Origin: Ginglymostoma cirratum
Taxonomy: Eukaryota
Direction of reading: 5' to 3'
Assembly (NCBI GenBank): GCA_024137785.1
Contig: JAHRHZ010000078.1
Coordinates: 2,523,027-2,587,026 of the forward strand
Length of the DNA stretch: 64,000 nt
Positions within the stretch are counted from its first letter, which is position 1; each line of letters starts with the position of its first letter. The notes under the pieces are model-generated. The model did not search any database. It saw only the letters and a list, made by a program, of their open reading frames with translations, and was not told where the DNA came from. Positions 1 through 13,080 of this stretch are shown in pieces. A program made the translations under genes and the position numbers.

Positions 1-164
1 ACCTCCCCCCCCAGTCTCATGGGTATATCTGGGATGTGGGGTCACTGTCAGAATTCCCCCCCACACCCTTCCCACTGCCGGCGCATGACTTGGGGAATCT
101 CTTTTAGCAGTTTCTGACAGTCTTGTTCCCCAGGTGGTGGGATTAGGGATTTCCAGAACATCCC

Positions 165-548
165 ACACGACAACACCTACCCCAACCCCAGCCCCAACCC
201 CTACAGCCAGCACCAGCACAATTCCGACCCTTACCCTAACCCCTATCCCTACAGCCAGCACAACTCCAACCCTTACCCCGACCCCTACAGCCAGCACCAG
301 CACAACCCTTACCCCGACCTCTACACCCAGCACAACTCCAACCCTTACCCTAACCCCTACCCCTACAGCCAGCACAACCCCAATCCTAATCCTAACCCCC
401 TACCCCTACAGCCAGCACAACCCCAACCCCAAGCCCTACAGCCAGCACAACCCCAACCCTTACCCCAACACCTACAGCCAGCAGAAGCCCAACCCTTACA
501 GTCAGCCCAACCTCAATCCAATGCCGACAGCCACCCCAATCCTAATTA
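165..548. repeat. Degenerate C-rich tandem repeat built from ACCCTA/ACCCCA hexamers and TACAGCCAGCACA
   Basis: About 10 recurrences of an (A)CAGCCAGCAC-type motif separated by accctaacccct-like hexamers. Confidence 0.85.
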
Positions 549-624
549 CTGATGTGGAAAATGTTTCCTCTGCCTTGTCTCAGTTTCTGGTTTAGTCTTC
601 TGTCAATGTGAATGGAGCAAGTGT

Positions 625-935
625 TAGCCTCAGTAATGGACTGAGTGAGGAAGTCATGGGTTTGAAATGCAGTCGAGAGACAGACCTCATATATGAGACT
701 GGCACACTGCCACTGCACTGAAGGAACGCTACACTGTTAGAGGGTCGGTCTTGTAGATGAGATGTTAAACTGAGGCCCCCTTAGGTGAATGTAAAAAAAA
801 AAATCCATGACATAATTTCATGACAAATGGAGGAGTTAGTCTTGAACAAACATAGTCTAATATTACTGTGGGATTTTGCTGTGTGCAAATTGGCTGCTGT
901 TTCCTACAAGTGAGTAAACTTTAAAAGCCTTACAT
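625..935 (+). mobile_element. Decayed Deu-domain SINE (SacSINE1/AmnSINE1-like)
   Basis: gatgagatgttaaactgaggcccc...gctgtgtgcaaattggctgct; same motifs as the copy at 62690-63090. Confidence 0.6.
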
Positions 936-1344
936 CGAGGATTTGCCTGGATTGTTCTTTCTTTAAACATTAACCAGCTTACCGCTGTCTCTACGTGTCA
1001 CTTCGAGCCAAGATTTTGCTGCTTCTCACTCATCTAGGGGTTTAGGAGACTTTTCTTAGGCACTGTCAAATTGTCCTAGTTGGTGACTCTGCAGCACCTG
1101 TTGAAGGAGACAATAACCTATAGAGTGTAGACCGATGCCAGTTCAAAAATCAGTCTGTTTGCCGAAACAACACAAACCTTGTCAATAATGTGTACGCGCT
1201 GTTTGTAAAAGTTGTCACCGCCATATCTTGCTAAGTAGTGGGAATTTTCATGCTGTGGTCATTTGAATTGTGAAAAATACACAGCACAATATATTTCCAG
1301 ACACCCACCAAATCTGGATGATCGGAGAGAACCTTTTGTGCAGT

Positions 1345-1510
1345 GAGACACTGGAGTCCAGTACAGGTGCGGGCAGGTCTGTCACTGTATAACACTGGGA
1401 TACGTTACAGGTAGGGACAGGTCTGTCACTATAACAGTGGGGTATATAACGATGGGGATAAGTCTGTCACTATAACACTGGGGTATAGTACTGGTGGGGA
1501 CAGGTCTGGT
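1345..1510. repeat. Dispersed minisatellite (GGGACAGGTCTGTCACTGTATAACACTGGGGTA unit)
   Basis: About 4 tandem copies; reverse-complement copies at 22370-22450 and 55690-55772. Confidence 0.85.
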
Positions 1511-2327
1511 TGTGCACTGAGTGTATGAAGTGTTACCAGTCTGTGTATTTGAGGTAACGAATGATGTGGGTCCAGTGGTAGACAAACTGAGGCAGTGATA
1601 GATACAGATAATGCTCTGGAGATGAAACTAAACCATGTACGTTCCTGGCTGGCTGGCTGGCTATGTGGTTGAACACTCATTTCAGGGTCAGAAAGGTCAT
1701 GTCACAGTTGCAAACAATTTGATTCATCTGTGGATAATTTCACAGTGGGGAACAATGCTTGTCGCAGGCACCACAGATGATGGCTTCGTTCTTCTGAATA
1801 TTTGATTGGAAGAAATGTTTGCTCATCCAGTAATGGATGTGGGACAGGCAGTGTGTTAGACCTAAGGCGCTGGACTGTTTGAGGGAGGTGATGAGCTGTA
1901 GAACTTTGCTGACCTGGTTGTGGTCTCACTTCCATTTCCCTGCCTGCCCACCAAATCCTTGACTCCCTTGTTGATGAAAATAATGTCATAGAAACAGGGG
2001 TTGGTCTCGTGGACAAACTGATGTTGAAGAGAGCAAGAGGGGAAATAAAAAGAAAACTAGAGAGAATTACAAGCTCAGGGCTAGCCTGGGGAGAGCATGA
2101 GACGCAGGTTGGGAGAGTGTCAGGGGTAACTGATTCGATGATCTCTCATTTCATAAATTCCCCGTCCTTGGTATTGGAGGGGGGCTGAAGGGGCAGGTTG
2201 GAGTGGATTCGAAAAGATAGTGTTGTGGAGCAAAGAAGTGGGATTGTGTTTTGCTGTAAAACAGCGAAGAGATCAAACTGAAGTGTTTCTTGATCAGTCA
2301 CTGTCAGCATAGGGATTGTTGATGTGT

Positions 2328-2350
2328 GAGAGAGAGAGAGAGAGAGAGAG
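2328..2350. repeat. (GA)n microsatellite
   Basis: Direct reading. Confidence 0.9.
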
Positions 2351-3286
2351 CCCAGAAGCCAGTGTCAATTTGGAAGAATCATGTGGCCCTGAAAGTAACT
2401 GCAGTGAGAGGGATCCTTTCACTTGAACCATCCCCAGTGGAGTTTGGAGCTTGAATGAATTTTTCCTCTGTGAAGCATTGGAGGTTGATTCATTGTGTCA
2501 AAGCACTTTATAAATGTAAGGTTTTGATGAATGACTTATTTGCTTGAATAGTGCAGGGACATTGTTTGCAGAACCCCACCCTTGAACTAAAAGTGGTAAT
2601 TTATCCTCAGTTTGTACTGATGTGATCAGGCCCCACCAGTCTCACCTTAGAGTTGTCTGATTCAACTGATTAAACTAAGTGGATGATAAGGATATTACAG
2701 TAATGAATTACTATGTTATTTATTAATGTAGGTAGTTTATTAATTAACAAGCGAGGGGGAGTGGTTAGAGAGAGAAAGGAAATAAGCAAGATGAATTAGA
2801 GACTAATTATTATCTCAAATGAAGCTGCCTTTAATTTAACCCCTTCTAATCCATGCTAGAATAAAAATTGAGAGTAAAACTCAAGACATAGCTGTTTAGT
2901 TTCTATCACAATTACATTACCCCTCAACCACTGTTAACTCAACTGGGCTCAGATAAAGGGTCATGGATCTGAAATATTATCTTTAGATAGGATATGCAGC
3001 ACAGAAACAGGCCATTTGGCCCAGCCAGCCTATGCCAGTACTTACACTCAAACCTTCTCTCTTCTTTTCCCACCTAAGCCTGCAATGGGAGCCATCAAAT
3101 TCTTGCTCCGCCATTTCCCACCTCCCAAAATGCATCCATCCCACACGCAGCAACCCTGTGAGACGGAATTCCACATTCTCACTACTTTCCGAGTTTTCTT
3201 CTGAAACCCCTGTTTGATTTCCTGGTGACTGTCTTATGTTGATAGCTTCTAGTTGAGTCTTCTCCACAAGAAGAAACATTTATTTA

Positions 3287-3498
3287 TGAAGTAGCTCCAC
3301 AGAGGCCGGTATCCCATCACCAAGTCACCCTTTATTTACATACGGAGCATCCTTGACACTGATGCAGCTCCCTCGGAGCCAGCTCTCAGGGTGAACATAA
3401 CCTCTAACACACCCATTTGTCCAGGACTCCCTGATTGGACCAAATTAACAACCCCAATCAGGGAATTCCACCTTGCTGACATCATTACAATCACTACA
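3287..3498 (-). mobile_element. Possible solo LTR
   Basis: Minus strand starts TGTAGTGA, contains AATAAA and ends CTTCA; about 210 bp; no clear TSD. Confidence 0.4.
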
Positions 3499-3899
3499 GT
3501 ACGTATCAATCCTATTCAGTCTGTTGCAGCGTTCTGCCGTGTATGATCCTGTTTTGCATTGCAGTGGTCTGCTTTGTGTTAAGCATAGCCTGGTGTGCCT
3601 TTTGTCTGGCCGGGCAGACTCTGCTGCACTTGATACAGACAAAGACAATGGGCTGAGAAGATGCAGGATATAGAGGAGTTGCAGTAATGTCACTGGACTA
3701 GCAGTCCAGAATCCCAGTTCAGTGTATGAGTTTGAATCACACATTGCCATATGGTGAAATTTGAATTCAATAAAAAAATCCTAATGGTAACCATGTTCAG
3801 TTGTCATTTTAAAAAAAAACTGGTTCATTTCCTCTTTATAGAGATGGAAAATCTACCATCCTTCCCTGGTCTGGCCTATCTGTGGCTCCAGACCTACAA

Positions 3900-5030
3900 T
3901 GTAGTTGAGCCTTAACAATTAAGGGTGGGCAATAAACGCTGGCTTAGACAGTGATGTCCACATCCACTGAGAAAATAAACATTATCACTTTGTCCTGTCC
4001 TCCTTGAGAAGGTTAAAAGTGGTGGATGGGCTGCTTTGTCCTGGATGGTGTCAAGCTTTTGAGTGTTGCATTCTTTCAAATAAAAATATTTCTTCATACT
4101 CCTGATTTGTGCCTTGGTGGGCAAGCTTTGGGGAGTCAGGAAGTGAGTTATGCACTGTAGAATTTGCAGCTTCTTCCCTGCTGTTGTAGCCACAATGTTT
4201 ACATGATGGATCTGGTTCAATATCTGGAAATCTCCAAGATGTTGATAGTGGGAAATTCAGCAATGGTAATGCCCATTGAATGTCAAGGGCTGATGATTAT
4301 GTTCTCTGTAGTTGAAGATGGTCATTGCCTGGCACTTGTGTGGCATGAATGTTACTTATGACATAGGATGTTGTCCAGTTCTTACAACACATGGACATAG
4401 ACTGTTTCAGTAGCCGGTTTTACTCTGGTTCTTTGGCCAAGTGCTGCCTTGATGTCAAGGGCCGTTACTGTGTTATTGTCAACTCAGATCTGGAGTTCAG
4501 TTGTTTGTGTTTAAATTTGAGCCAAGACTAATGGGGGCAGGTGTTGAGTCGCCCTGGAGCAACCCAAGATGAGTGTCAGTGAGGAGATTATTGCTGTACA
4601 AGTGCTGCTTGACAGCACTGTTGATGACACCTTCCATCACATTGCTGATAACTGGGAATAGACTGAGTGGGTAGTAATTGGTTGGTTTGGATTTATCCTG
4701 CTTTTTCTGCACAAGACATACATGGGCAATTTTCCTCATTGTTGGGAAGATGCCGGAGTTACAGATGTACTGGAACAACTTGCCTAAGGGCCATGACTAG
4801 CTCGGCAACACAAGTCTTCAGTACTCTTGCTAAAATGTTGTCAGGGCCTGTAGCCTTTTTAGTTTCCAATGCCTTCAGCTGTTTCTTGATCTTATGCGGA
4901 ATGAATCGAATTGTTGAAGACTGGCACTTGTGGTGGTGGTAACCTCAGGAGGAGACCAAGATGGATCATGCACTTGGCAGTTCTAGCTGAAGTTTGTTGA
5001 AAATGCTTCAGCCTTACCTTTTGCACTGAT
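3900..5030 (-). mobile_element. Decayed CR1/L2-clade LINE, RT and 3' fragment
   Basis: ORF 4497-4778 KKQDKSKPTNYYPLSLFPVISNVMEGVIN is the typical LINE RT N-terminal motif; related 3' segment on + at 37310-37830. Confidence 0.8.
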
Positions 5031-5342
5031 GTTCACCTACAATGTTGCCACAGACACCTGGGAATCACTGGCCCAAGACTGTCTAAAGTGGAGGAGAAGC
5101 ATCTGGGAAGGCCTCAAGCATCTCGAGACTTTCTATCGGGGAAAAAATGGAAGCCAGGTGTAAACAACGAAAAGAGCATGCTGCCACACCAATGGTCCAT
5201 CCACCCCCTTCCCGTGACCACAACCTGCCTCAAGTGTAATAGATCATGCAGTAGTCCATACAGCCACCTTATGGACTCACCCTGGGGGTGGAAGAGAATC
5301 ATCCTCGTCTGTGAGAGACCGCTGATGATAATGATGATTGAT
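5030..5342 (+). mobile_element. RTE-type LINE 3' end fragment
   Basis: acctgggaatcactggcccaagac...tggagg and a terminal tcatcctcgtc...(gat/aat)n tail resemble RTE 3' ends (recognition only). Confidence 0.45.
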
Positions 5343-5745
5343 GTTCTGGGCTCACCCATCATTGAGGATAGGGATATTTGTGAGCCTTGATAGTGAGATG
5401 TTTGATTGTCCATGACCATTCATGACTAGATGTGGTAGGACAACAGAGCAGAGTCCAATTTGTTAGTTGTGGGATTGCTTAGCCATGTCCATCACTTGCT
5501 TCCTGGACCATCCCAGACAAACTTTTCCTTCTGTGAACAGTTTTTCAAAGAAGTGTTTTTGTCTGAGGTTTCAACTGTCATTTCTCTCTTATTTGTTGTG
5601 GTGTAGAGAGTTTAACTTAAACCCAAGTTTGCTTGTAGAAATCATAGCTATCGCTCTCTAGACCTCGGTCACAAAGGCAAGCACGATGCGGCCTGTTGTA
5701 TCTGTGCCTGCTCTTTGAGCAGTCTTAAGTGTCTCCCATAACCAG

Positions 5746-6153
5746 TATCAATCTCAAACTATCCCACTGCCCACTTTCTCCCCATAGCCCTGTGTGAATG
5801 CAAACTAATGCCACAGTTTTACTCCTTTCCCATATCCTCTATCAATCCCAAACTAATCCCACTGGCCCTGCCCTCAACCAACAGCCCTTTGTCGATCCTA
5901 AACTAAGCCTGGGATTCTTCTCTCTCTCCCGAATTAATCCAAAATAAATCCTGTTGCTTCCCACCAAACCACCAGTCCTGCATCAATCCCAAACTATCCC
6001 ATTACCCTCTGCCCCACTCTCAACCCACAGTCCTATTGACTCCCAAATAACTTCACTTCCCTGTTCTGTCTCCAATGCCCTCTATCAATTGCAAAATAAT
6101 CCCACTGCCCTATCAGTCTCCTCATATCTCTGCATCAATCCCAATATGTTCAC
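5746..6153. repeat. Old minisatellite, about 45-50 bp period, core ATCAATCCCAAACTAATCCCACTGCCC
   Basis: About 9 degenerate copies of the core. Confidence 0.75.
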
Positions 6154-8429
6154 TGGGGTGCGATAGTTTTGATCTTGAGTTCAGTGTTGCTGACAGCTAC
6201 ATTTGTTCCTAGTAACCTTGAAAAGGTTGTGGCAATCCTTTTTTCTTGAACTGCTGTAGGTAGCTAGGGAGGAGACATCAAGTGATGACGATGAAGTAAG
6301 ATTGCTGTCTATGTTGATTCGGGGGGGCGATAGTGTTTAATTCGTCGCTAATATTACCAAACTGGGACGGGGGAGGAGTACTGGTTGCCTTGCAGGGGAG
6401 ACATTGCTGAACCTACCCTGGTGAATGGCTGTGCTGTGTCCTGTAGATAGTACACATTGCACCTGCATTATACCAGTGATGACAATAAGTCTGGTCTTAA
6501 GGTTGACTGTTAAGCAAACTGCTTTGTTTGAATGTAATGTGCTTTTTGAACATTATTGCAGCTGTATCAATGCATTTTGCTGCATGTAGACTGAATCTGA
6601 GGGGTCAGCAGCCAAGCCACATTGAGCCACTTGTCTCAGCCCTACTGTTATAGCCAGAAGTTGAATGTCGCCAGGCCATTTATTTTCTCATTAAAGCTGA
6701 CCCTCGTGATATTCATGGTGGGAGTCTTCGTGATGATAAATCTTTCGAAGATGAATGGTTGATTGTTGGGATTTCTCATGTTCCAGATGATTATTAAGAA
6801 CATAAGGAATAGGAGCCTGCTCCGTTTAATACAATTGTGTCTGATCAACTCCACTATCCCGCCTGCTCCCCACGTCCCTTGATTCCGCGACAGACTGAAA
6901 ATCTGTTAATCACAGCCTTGGGTTTATTAAATGATGGAAGGCCAAAACCCTCTGTGGTGCAGAATTGCAAAAATTTTTACAACTCTTATGAGTGAGGAGA
7001 TTTGGCCACATCACCACCGAAACATTCAGCCCCTTACCCAGTGACAATGCCTCAGTGTTCTAGGATCCCCACCCTGGGGAAACAATCTCTGTATTGACCC
7101 CAACAAAAACAAAAATTGTGGGAAAAGCTCAGCAGGTCTGGTAGCATCTGAAGGGAAATCAGAGTTAACGTTTCAGGTCCAGTGACCCTTCCTCAAAACT
7201 GAAGAAACATTTTGTTTTGGTTTCTGATTTACAGCATCCACAGTTCTATTGGCTTTATTCTGTATTGATCCTGTTGTGCCGCTTCAGAATCCTGAACGTT
7301 TTAATGCCAGGGCAGTGGTAGATTTGCTACCTACAACTCCTCAGCTTCAGTCTGAATGTTATCCAGCTTCTGTAAACTCTGTGTTACGTCTCTATCAGAG
7401 GGAGAACCTCTTTACACAGTCTGTGGTAAAGACCTGTAACTCACTGCCCACAACTCGGTTGCAAGCGAAGACAATGAATGACTGCAAAGGGAATTTGGAT
7501 AGGCACTCAAGGGCTACGGGGATAGCATGGGGAATAGGGCTGACTGGGTTGATGGGCTGAATGGTCTCCTCCTGAATGACTTAGATTTATGAATGGGATT
7601 GACCATTGTGCGATCAACAGTGAACAACCCGAGTTCTGACCTTGTCATTGTTATTCCAGCTGAGGATGTTTACACTGAGGACAATTCCCTGAGGAGCTTC
7701 AGTGGCTCAGTGCTAGAGAGGGGCAAATCAGCCATGGTTCATGCTCTCGGCCTGTCCACTGACTCCTGTTGGAAAGAGCATATCTGTGTGGATGTCATAA
7801 TCTGGCTCAGTTGTGGTATCTCGCCAGTTGAATAGTTGGATACACATGATTAGATATTCTGGGAATTCCATTAACTGGTGATGTTAAGGTTTGACTGAGT
7901 GGAAACTCAACACTTCACTGTTTGAGGCCTCATTGTGGGCAGTGGGTTACTAGGGGAGCCCACAGCTGCTCATGAAATATAACCCCGTGAGAGTCAGTAG
8001 AAGTCCACAGAAGGGGCAGGGAAATGGAGGCACAGAGCAGTAGGAGGTCTGCTCCCAGTGGTTTGTACAAACAGTTCCTTGTGTGCTGCATAGTGTAACT
8101 GTGCTGTGTGCCAGTTGCTATTTGAATTGATTGTGCAGTTCTGTGTCACAGATTCTGAAGAGCGGAAGGCTGGATGTTATTTAATTAACATCTGTCCTCC
8201 TTTCATGACGTAATGGAAAACTGTACTGTTCTGCCTGACCCTGCCACACGTGAAAAACCTCCCCACCCCCATCACAATCTTCACATTCATAAACAGAAGA
8301 ATAATTCATGCCAGAAACCTTCCTGAAATTGTTGGATTGACCGTTGTGCTCGCTCTCTGACCCTCTGCATTCATTTGTATTAGGTTCCTCTGGATATTGG
8401 GTGAATGCAGTTTCCTGACGGAGCTGGAC

Positions 8430-8622
8430 CCCAGTGGGTCAGGATGTGTGAGGGTATTCCAGAACCTCCACCCCTCACCCTGGGAGTCAGGGTGTGTGAG
8501 GGTTTCCCCTACCCCCCTCCCCCACACAAGTGGGTCAGGGTCTGAGAGGGTCACACACCCTGCCCTCCTGTGAGTCAGGGTCTGTGAAGGTTCATCCAGT
8601 GGGTCAGGGATGTGTGAGGTCC
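8430..8622. repeat. Degenerate tandem repeat GGGTCAGGGTGTGTGAGGGT
   Basis: 5 imperfect copies. Confidence 0.75.
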
Positions 8623-9910
8623 CCTTCCCCCTCTCGGAACCAGGCTGTGGATGACACTGGGGAGCAATTGGCCATTATTCACTGTCTGGCCTGACACTGC
8701 AGGTGTCCCAGCTGAGCTGAATGCTGTCACCGTTCCCGATTCACTTGAGCAGACTGGGGAGGTGAGCATGTTGTTGTGTTTCTCCCCACGCCCCACCACC
8801 ACCCCCCAACACTGACCTCAGTGAGCAGGTTTCTCTTGTCAAGTGACTAACTGTTTGGGCTGCACAATGTGCTGCATTGCTTTCTGCTTTGAATTCACCC
8901 ATTTTGTGCCAGCTGTTTAGCAGCTGCTGGCTGTGTAAGTTCCATGGAGTAGTGAAAGTCAGTGATGAGAAAGTTGCCTTTCCACGCGGGCAGCTTCGAA
9001 GTACAGCCACTTCATGATCAGAGTATGAAGGCAGCTTGTGGTGCTTTGGAGTGCTAGAGTTTACCTCAACAGTGCTGACACCACCTTGTGAGTTGGTGCT
9101 ACCTGCTTTCTTAAGGCGTGCAGTTGGATTACCCACCAACCCTGTGCTTGCTGATCTACACTAGCTTGTGATCCAGTAGCGCCTCAGTTTTAAAATTCTG
9201 CTTCAGTTCTACAATCCTTTCAGACCTCTGTGCGCCTCCATTCTGCTCTTTTGTGCATCTATAATGTTAATTACTGCACCATGGGTTGCTGTACCCTCAG
9301 TTGCCACAGTGTTAAGCTGTAGGTCTCCCCAACCTTAATCACTGCACCCTTGTCTCCTTGAAGATGCTTCTTTAAAACCATGTTTTTGACCAAACTTGGC
9401 CATCTGTCCTAAAATCTCCTGATGTGCCTTGGGGTCACTCTGGTAAAGCAAATTGGAATATTTTATGACATTAAACACCAGTGTAAGTTCAACTTATCTT
9501 TAAACCAGACATTAATGACTGAACCTCTCAGCAAATCCACACTTATTATGTGCTCAATACTGACCCTTCCATGGAATTATAGCATGTTTATGTCACAGAA
9601 CAAGGACGTTTGGCCTGCTTGGTCTGAACTGGCTCTCTACAAAAGCATTCACCTAGGCCTACTGACTCACCTTTTTCCCCACAACCCTTCACTTTTTTAA
9701 TCTTTCGATAGTTGTTCACTGCGGTGTTGAAGGTTTTGATTAAAGTTGACTCACCACACTCTTAAGTAATGCTTTCCTGATCTGAACCACAGTCTGAATG
9801 AATATGTTTTTTCCTTGGGTTGCAGTTGCTTCTTGTGGCAATTGCCTTAAATTTGTATCCTTTGGTTTTCGACCCTTCCACCATCGTTTCATTCTCCATA
9901 TCTATTCTGT

Positions 9911-10184
9911 CATAGAATCACAGAACCCCTACAGTGTGGAAGCTGACCATTTGGTCCATTGAGTCCACACTGACCCACCAAAGAGCATCCCACCCAAACC
10001 CAACCCCTATCCTACATTTCCCATGGCTAATGCACCTAACCTACAGATCCCCTGGATGTTATGGGCAGCTTAGCATGGCCCACATAGACATGGGGAGAAT
10101 GTGCAAACTTCTGAGGGTGGATTCGAACCTGGGTCCCTGGCGCTGTGAGGCAACACTGCTAACCACTAAGGCACCGTGTCACCC
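9911..10184 (-). mobile_element. HE1-type (V-SINE) elasmobranch SINE
   Basis: tRNA-like head at the right end on minus (gtggttagcagtgttgcctcacagcgccagggacccaggttcgaatcc); homologous to four other copies in the window. Confidence 0.8.
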
Positions 10185-11229
10185 ATGTCCTGTCTCCTTG
10201 TGATGTTGAACATCTGTACCAAATTCTTCTTTTTCAATCAATACACTTAATCCTCATTCCTGGAATCATTCTCATGAATCTTTTCTGACCTCTCTAACAT
10301 CTTCATCACATGCTCCTGAAAATGTAGTGGCCTGGTCTGGACTCTGTACACCAATTGTTGTATATGGGTTTAATGTAACATCATTTGTGGTGTTGAAAAT
10401 GCAGAGGCAGGAAGAGATGGACCTGTCTGTTGAAGAGCTGTTAAACTCTGGAGAGAGCCACACTCTCAGCTGAACATAAAAAAATCCCATGATCATGTGA
10501 AGAGGAGCAGGGACATTCTTCTGTGTATCCTGGCTAGTGTTTATCTTTCCAGTGCATCGTTAAACCAGATTATCTGGTAATCATTATTAGATTATGTTTG
10601 CTGTCTTTCCTACATTAATGCAATGATTACAGTTCTAAAAGCAATTTAGAATTGCTTATTGGCTGCAAGGCACTGTGAAACATCCTGAGATCATACAAGA
10701 CACAATAAATAATCTTTTTCTCATTGTTCAGTAACATCTTAAAATAAATGTATCAGAGTTGCATGGACCCTGCCTGGATTTTACAAGTGTTAGGCCCTCT
10801 GCAGTTGTGAATCTTTTGATTCTTACTGATTTCAGAATAATTGTGATTTGTGATACAGAGTTAGGAAGATGAGCATTGAAACTAAGCTCCTTCCTCTTTA
10901 ATGTCACCACAGTGTTGTGTTGGGTATCAGCAATAGAGCCCCTCCGCTCACCCTTCCGTGTACTGTTCTGTATTGGGTGTTAATATGACACAGCCTTGAG
11001 TAGGCTGTTTGCTCCTTCAGGCTGTTGCACCATCCAATAAGATCAGTGGTCATCTAGTTGCAGTGTCAGCTCCACTTTTCTGTCTGTCTTTCCTCACCCT
11101 GACTCTTTGGTCTATCAAAAATCTAACTCCAACCTGTTGAAGTTTAAATTTTTTTCATGAGTTAAGCCTTTTACCTGAGGACGGAGTCTAGTGAATTTTC
11201 TCTGAAATGTTTGAAAGTAGTTTCAGAGA

Positions 11230-11920
11230 TCTCGGGGTTCAAGTCTGTGTCTCCCTGAAAGTAGCCACGTGAGTAGATAGGGTGGTAAAGAAGGCATATG
11301 GCATGCTTGCCTTTATTGGTCGGGGAATTGAATACAAGAGCCAGCTTGTCATGTTGCAGCTTTATAAAACTTTGGTTAGGCCACACATAGAGTACTGTGT
11401 TCAGTTCTGGTCGCCACCATACAGGAAGGATGTGGAGACTTTGGACAGGGTGCAGAAGAGGTTTACCAGGATGCTGCCTGGATTAGAGGGTATGAGCTAT
11501 AAGGAGAGGCCAGAAAAACTCGGGTTGTTTTCTCTGGAGTGGCGGAAGCTGAGGGGAGACTTGATAGAAATCTGTAAAATTATAAGATGCATAGATAGGG
11601 CTGACGGTCAGAATCTTTTTCCCAGAGTTGAAATGTCTAATAGTAGGGGGCATGCATTTAAGGTGAAGGGGAAAATTCAAAGGAGATGTGAGGTGCAAGT
11701 TTTTTTACACAGAGAATGGTAGGAGTCTGGAACTCACTGCCACGGGTGGTGGTGGTGGAGGCAAATACAATAGGGGCTTTCAGATAAGCCAGTGAATATG
11801 CAAGGAATGGGCTGATATGGACCAAGGGCAGGCAGAAGGAATTAGTTTAATTTGGCGTCATGTTCAGCACAATATCATGGGCCAAAGGGCCTGTTCCTAT
11901 GCTGTACAGTTATATGTTCT
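11230..11920 (+). mobile_element. CR1 LINE 3' fragment
   Basis: ORF 11282-11722 LYKTLVRPHIEYCVQFWSP...RVQKRFTRMLPGL. Confidence 0.9.
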
Positions 11921-11939
11921 TCTTTTTTTTTAAATAAGG

Positions 11940-13080
11940 AAACCAAAACAATACGCAGTACTCTGGATATAGTCTCACCAATGCCCTGTACAGCTGCAGT
12001 AAAATTTCATTCCTTCGATATTCCATTCCTTTTGGAAAAGCAACAATGTTCCGTTTGCCTTGTTAGACACTTGTTGTACCTGCATTATAAACTTCTGTGA
12101 TTCATGTATTAGGGCACCCAGGTCCCTCTGAAAGAGTCCTGCAATCTTGATTTAAATAATAGCCTGACTTTCTATTCTTCCTGCCGAAATGGACAACATG
12201 AAATTTACCCGAGTTATAAGCGAACTTTTTGACCACTCACTGAACCCATCTATATCTCTTTAGAGTGTCTTTACCTCCTCTCAGCAACTTACTTTCTGTC
12301 CTACGTTGGTGTCATCATCAAATGTAGCCACCATATAATTAATCACCCTGTTCACATGATCCTTATAGATTGTAAATAGTTGAGGACCCAGCGCTGACCC
12401 CGTGGCACTCCAGTAGAGACAGCATGCCGACCTGAGAAAGATCCACTAATCCCTACCCTCTGTTTCCTGTTGAGCTAACTCATTCCTTATACATGCTAAA
12501 TATATGACCCTTCTACACCCAGTGCTCTTGTGCCTCATCCTTTGAGAAGTCATCTCATCAAATTGCTTTTCAAAATCCAAGTACACCATGCACTGTGAAT
12601 GTTACTTTGTCAACATACTCTATGAGGTTAGTTATACACAATTTCCCTTTTGCAATGCCATGCTAGCTCTGCCTGATAAGGATATTTTTTAAAGTATCCT
12701 GCTATAATGATCTTAAAAATGGATTATAACATCCTCCCATTGACAAACGTGAGAGTAACCGACCAACAATTTCTTCTTTCTGATTCTCCCCGCGTGCCCA
12801 CCCTTTAACACAGGTGTTTAATTTGCTGTTTTCCAATGCACCGGATTTTTGGAAGATTAGAACCAGTGCATCTGCTATCTGTGCTGCCACTGATTCTAAG
12901 ATCCTAGAATGGAATTGAAAGATTTTTGGAACTTTATAAAGGCCATCTGGTCTGAGGGAGTTGTCAGCTTTTATATCTAATTGCTTTCCTTGCATCTTTT
13001 CCCAGGTGCTTGTGATTGTTGTAAGATCATCCCTCCTTACCGTCTTTGCAGTTTCAATTATCTTTGGGAGGTTTTTGGAG
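11940..13080 (-). mobile_element. Older, decayed CR1 LINE fragment
   Basis: Minus-strand remnants (ILESVAAQIADALVLIFQKS) and similarity to other CR1 copies in the window. Confidence 0.6.

Noticed and set aside
134-595. 153-aa Pro/Thr-rich mucin-like ORF
   Set aside because: By-product of the hexamer tandem repeat; GTG start and no splice or homology support.
1345-1510. CRISPR-like repeat/spacer appearance (also 5746-6153 and 36640-36830)
   Set aside because: Eukaryotic degenerate minisatellites; spacers are related or irregular and there are no cas genes.
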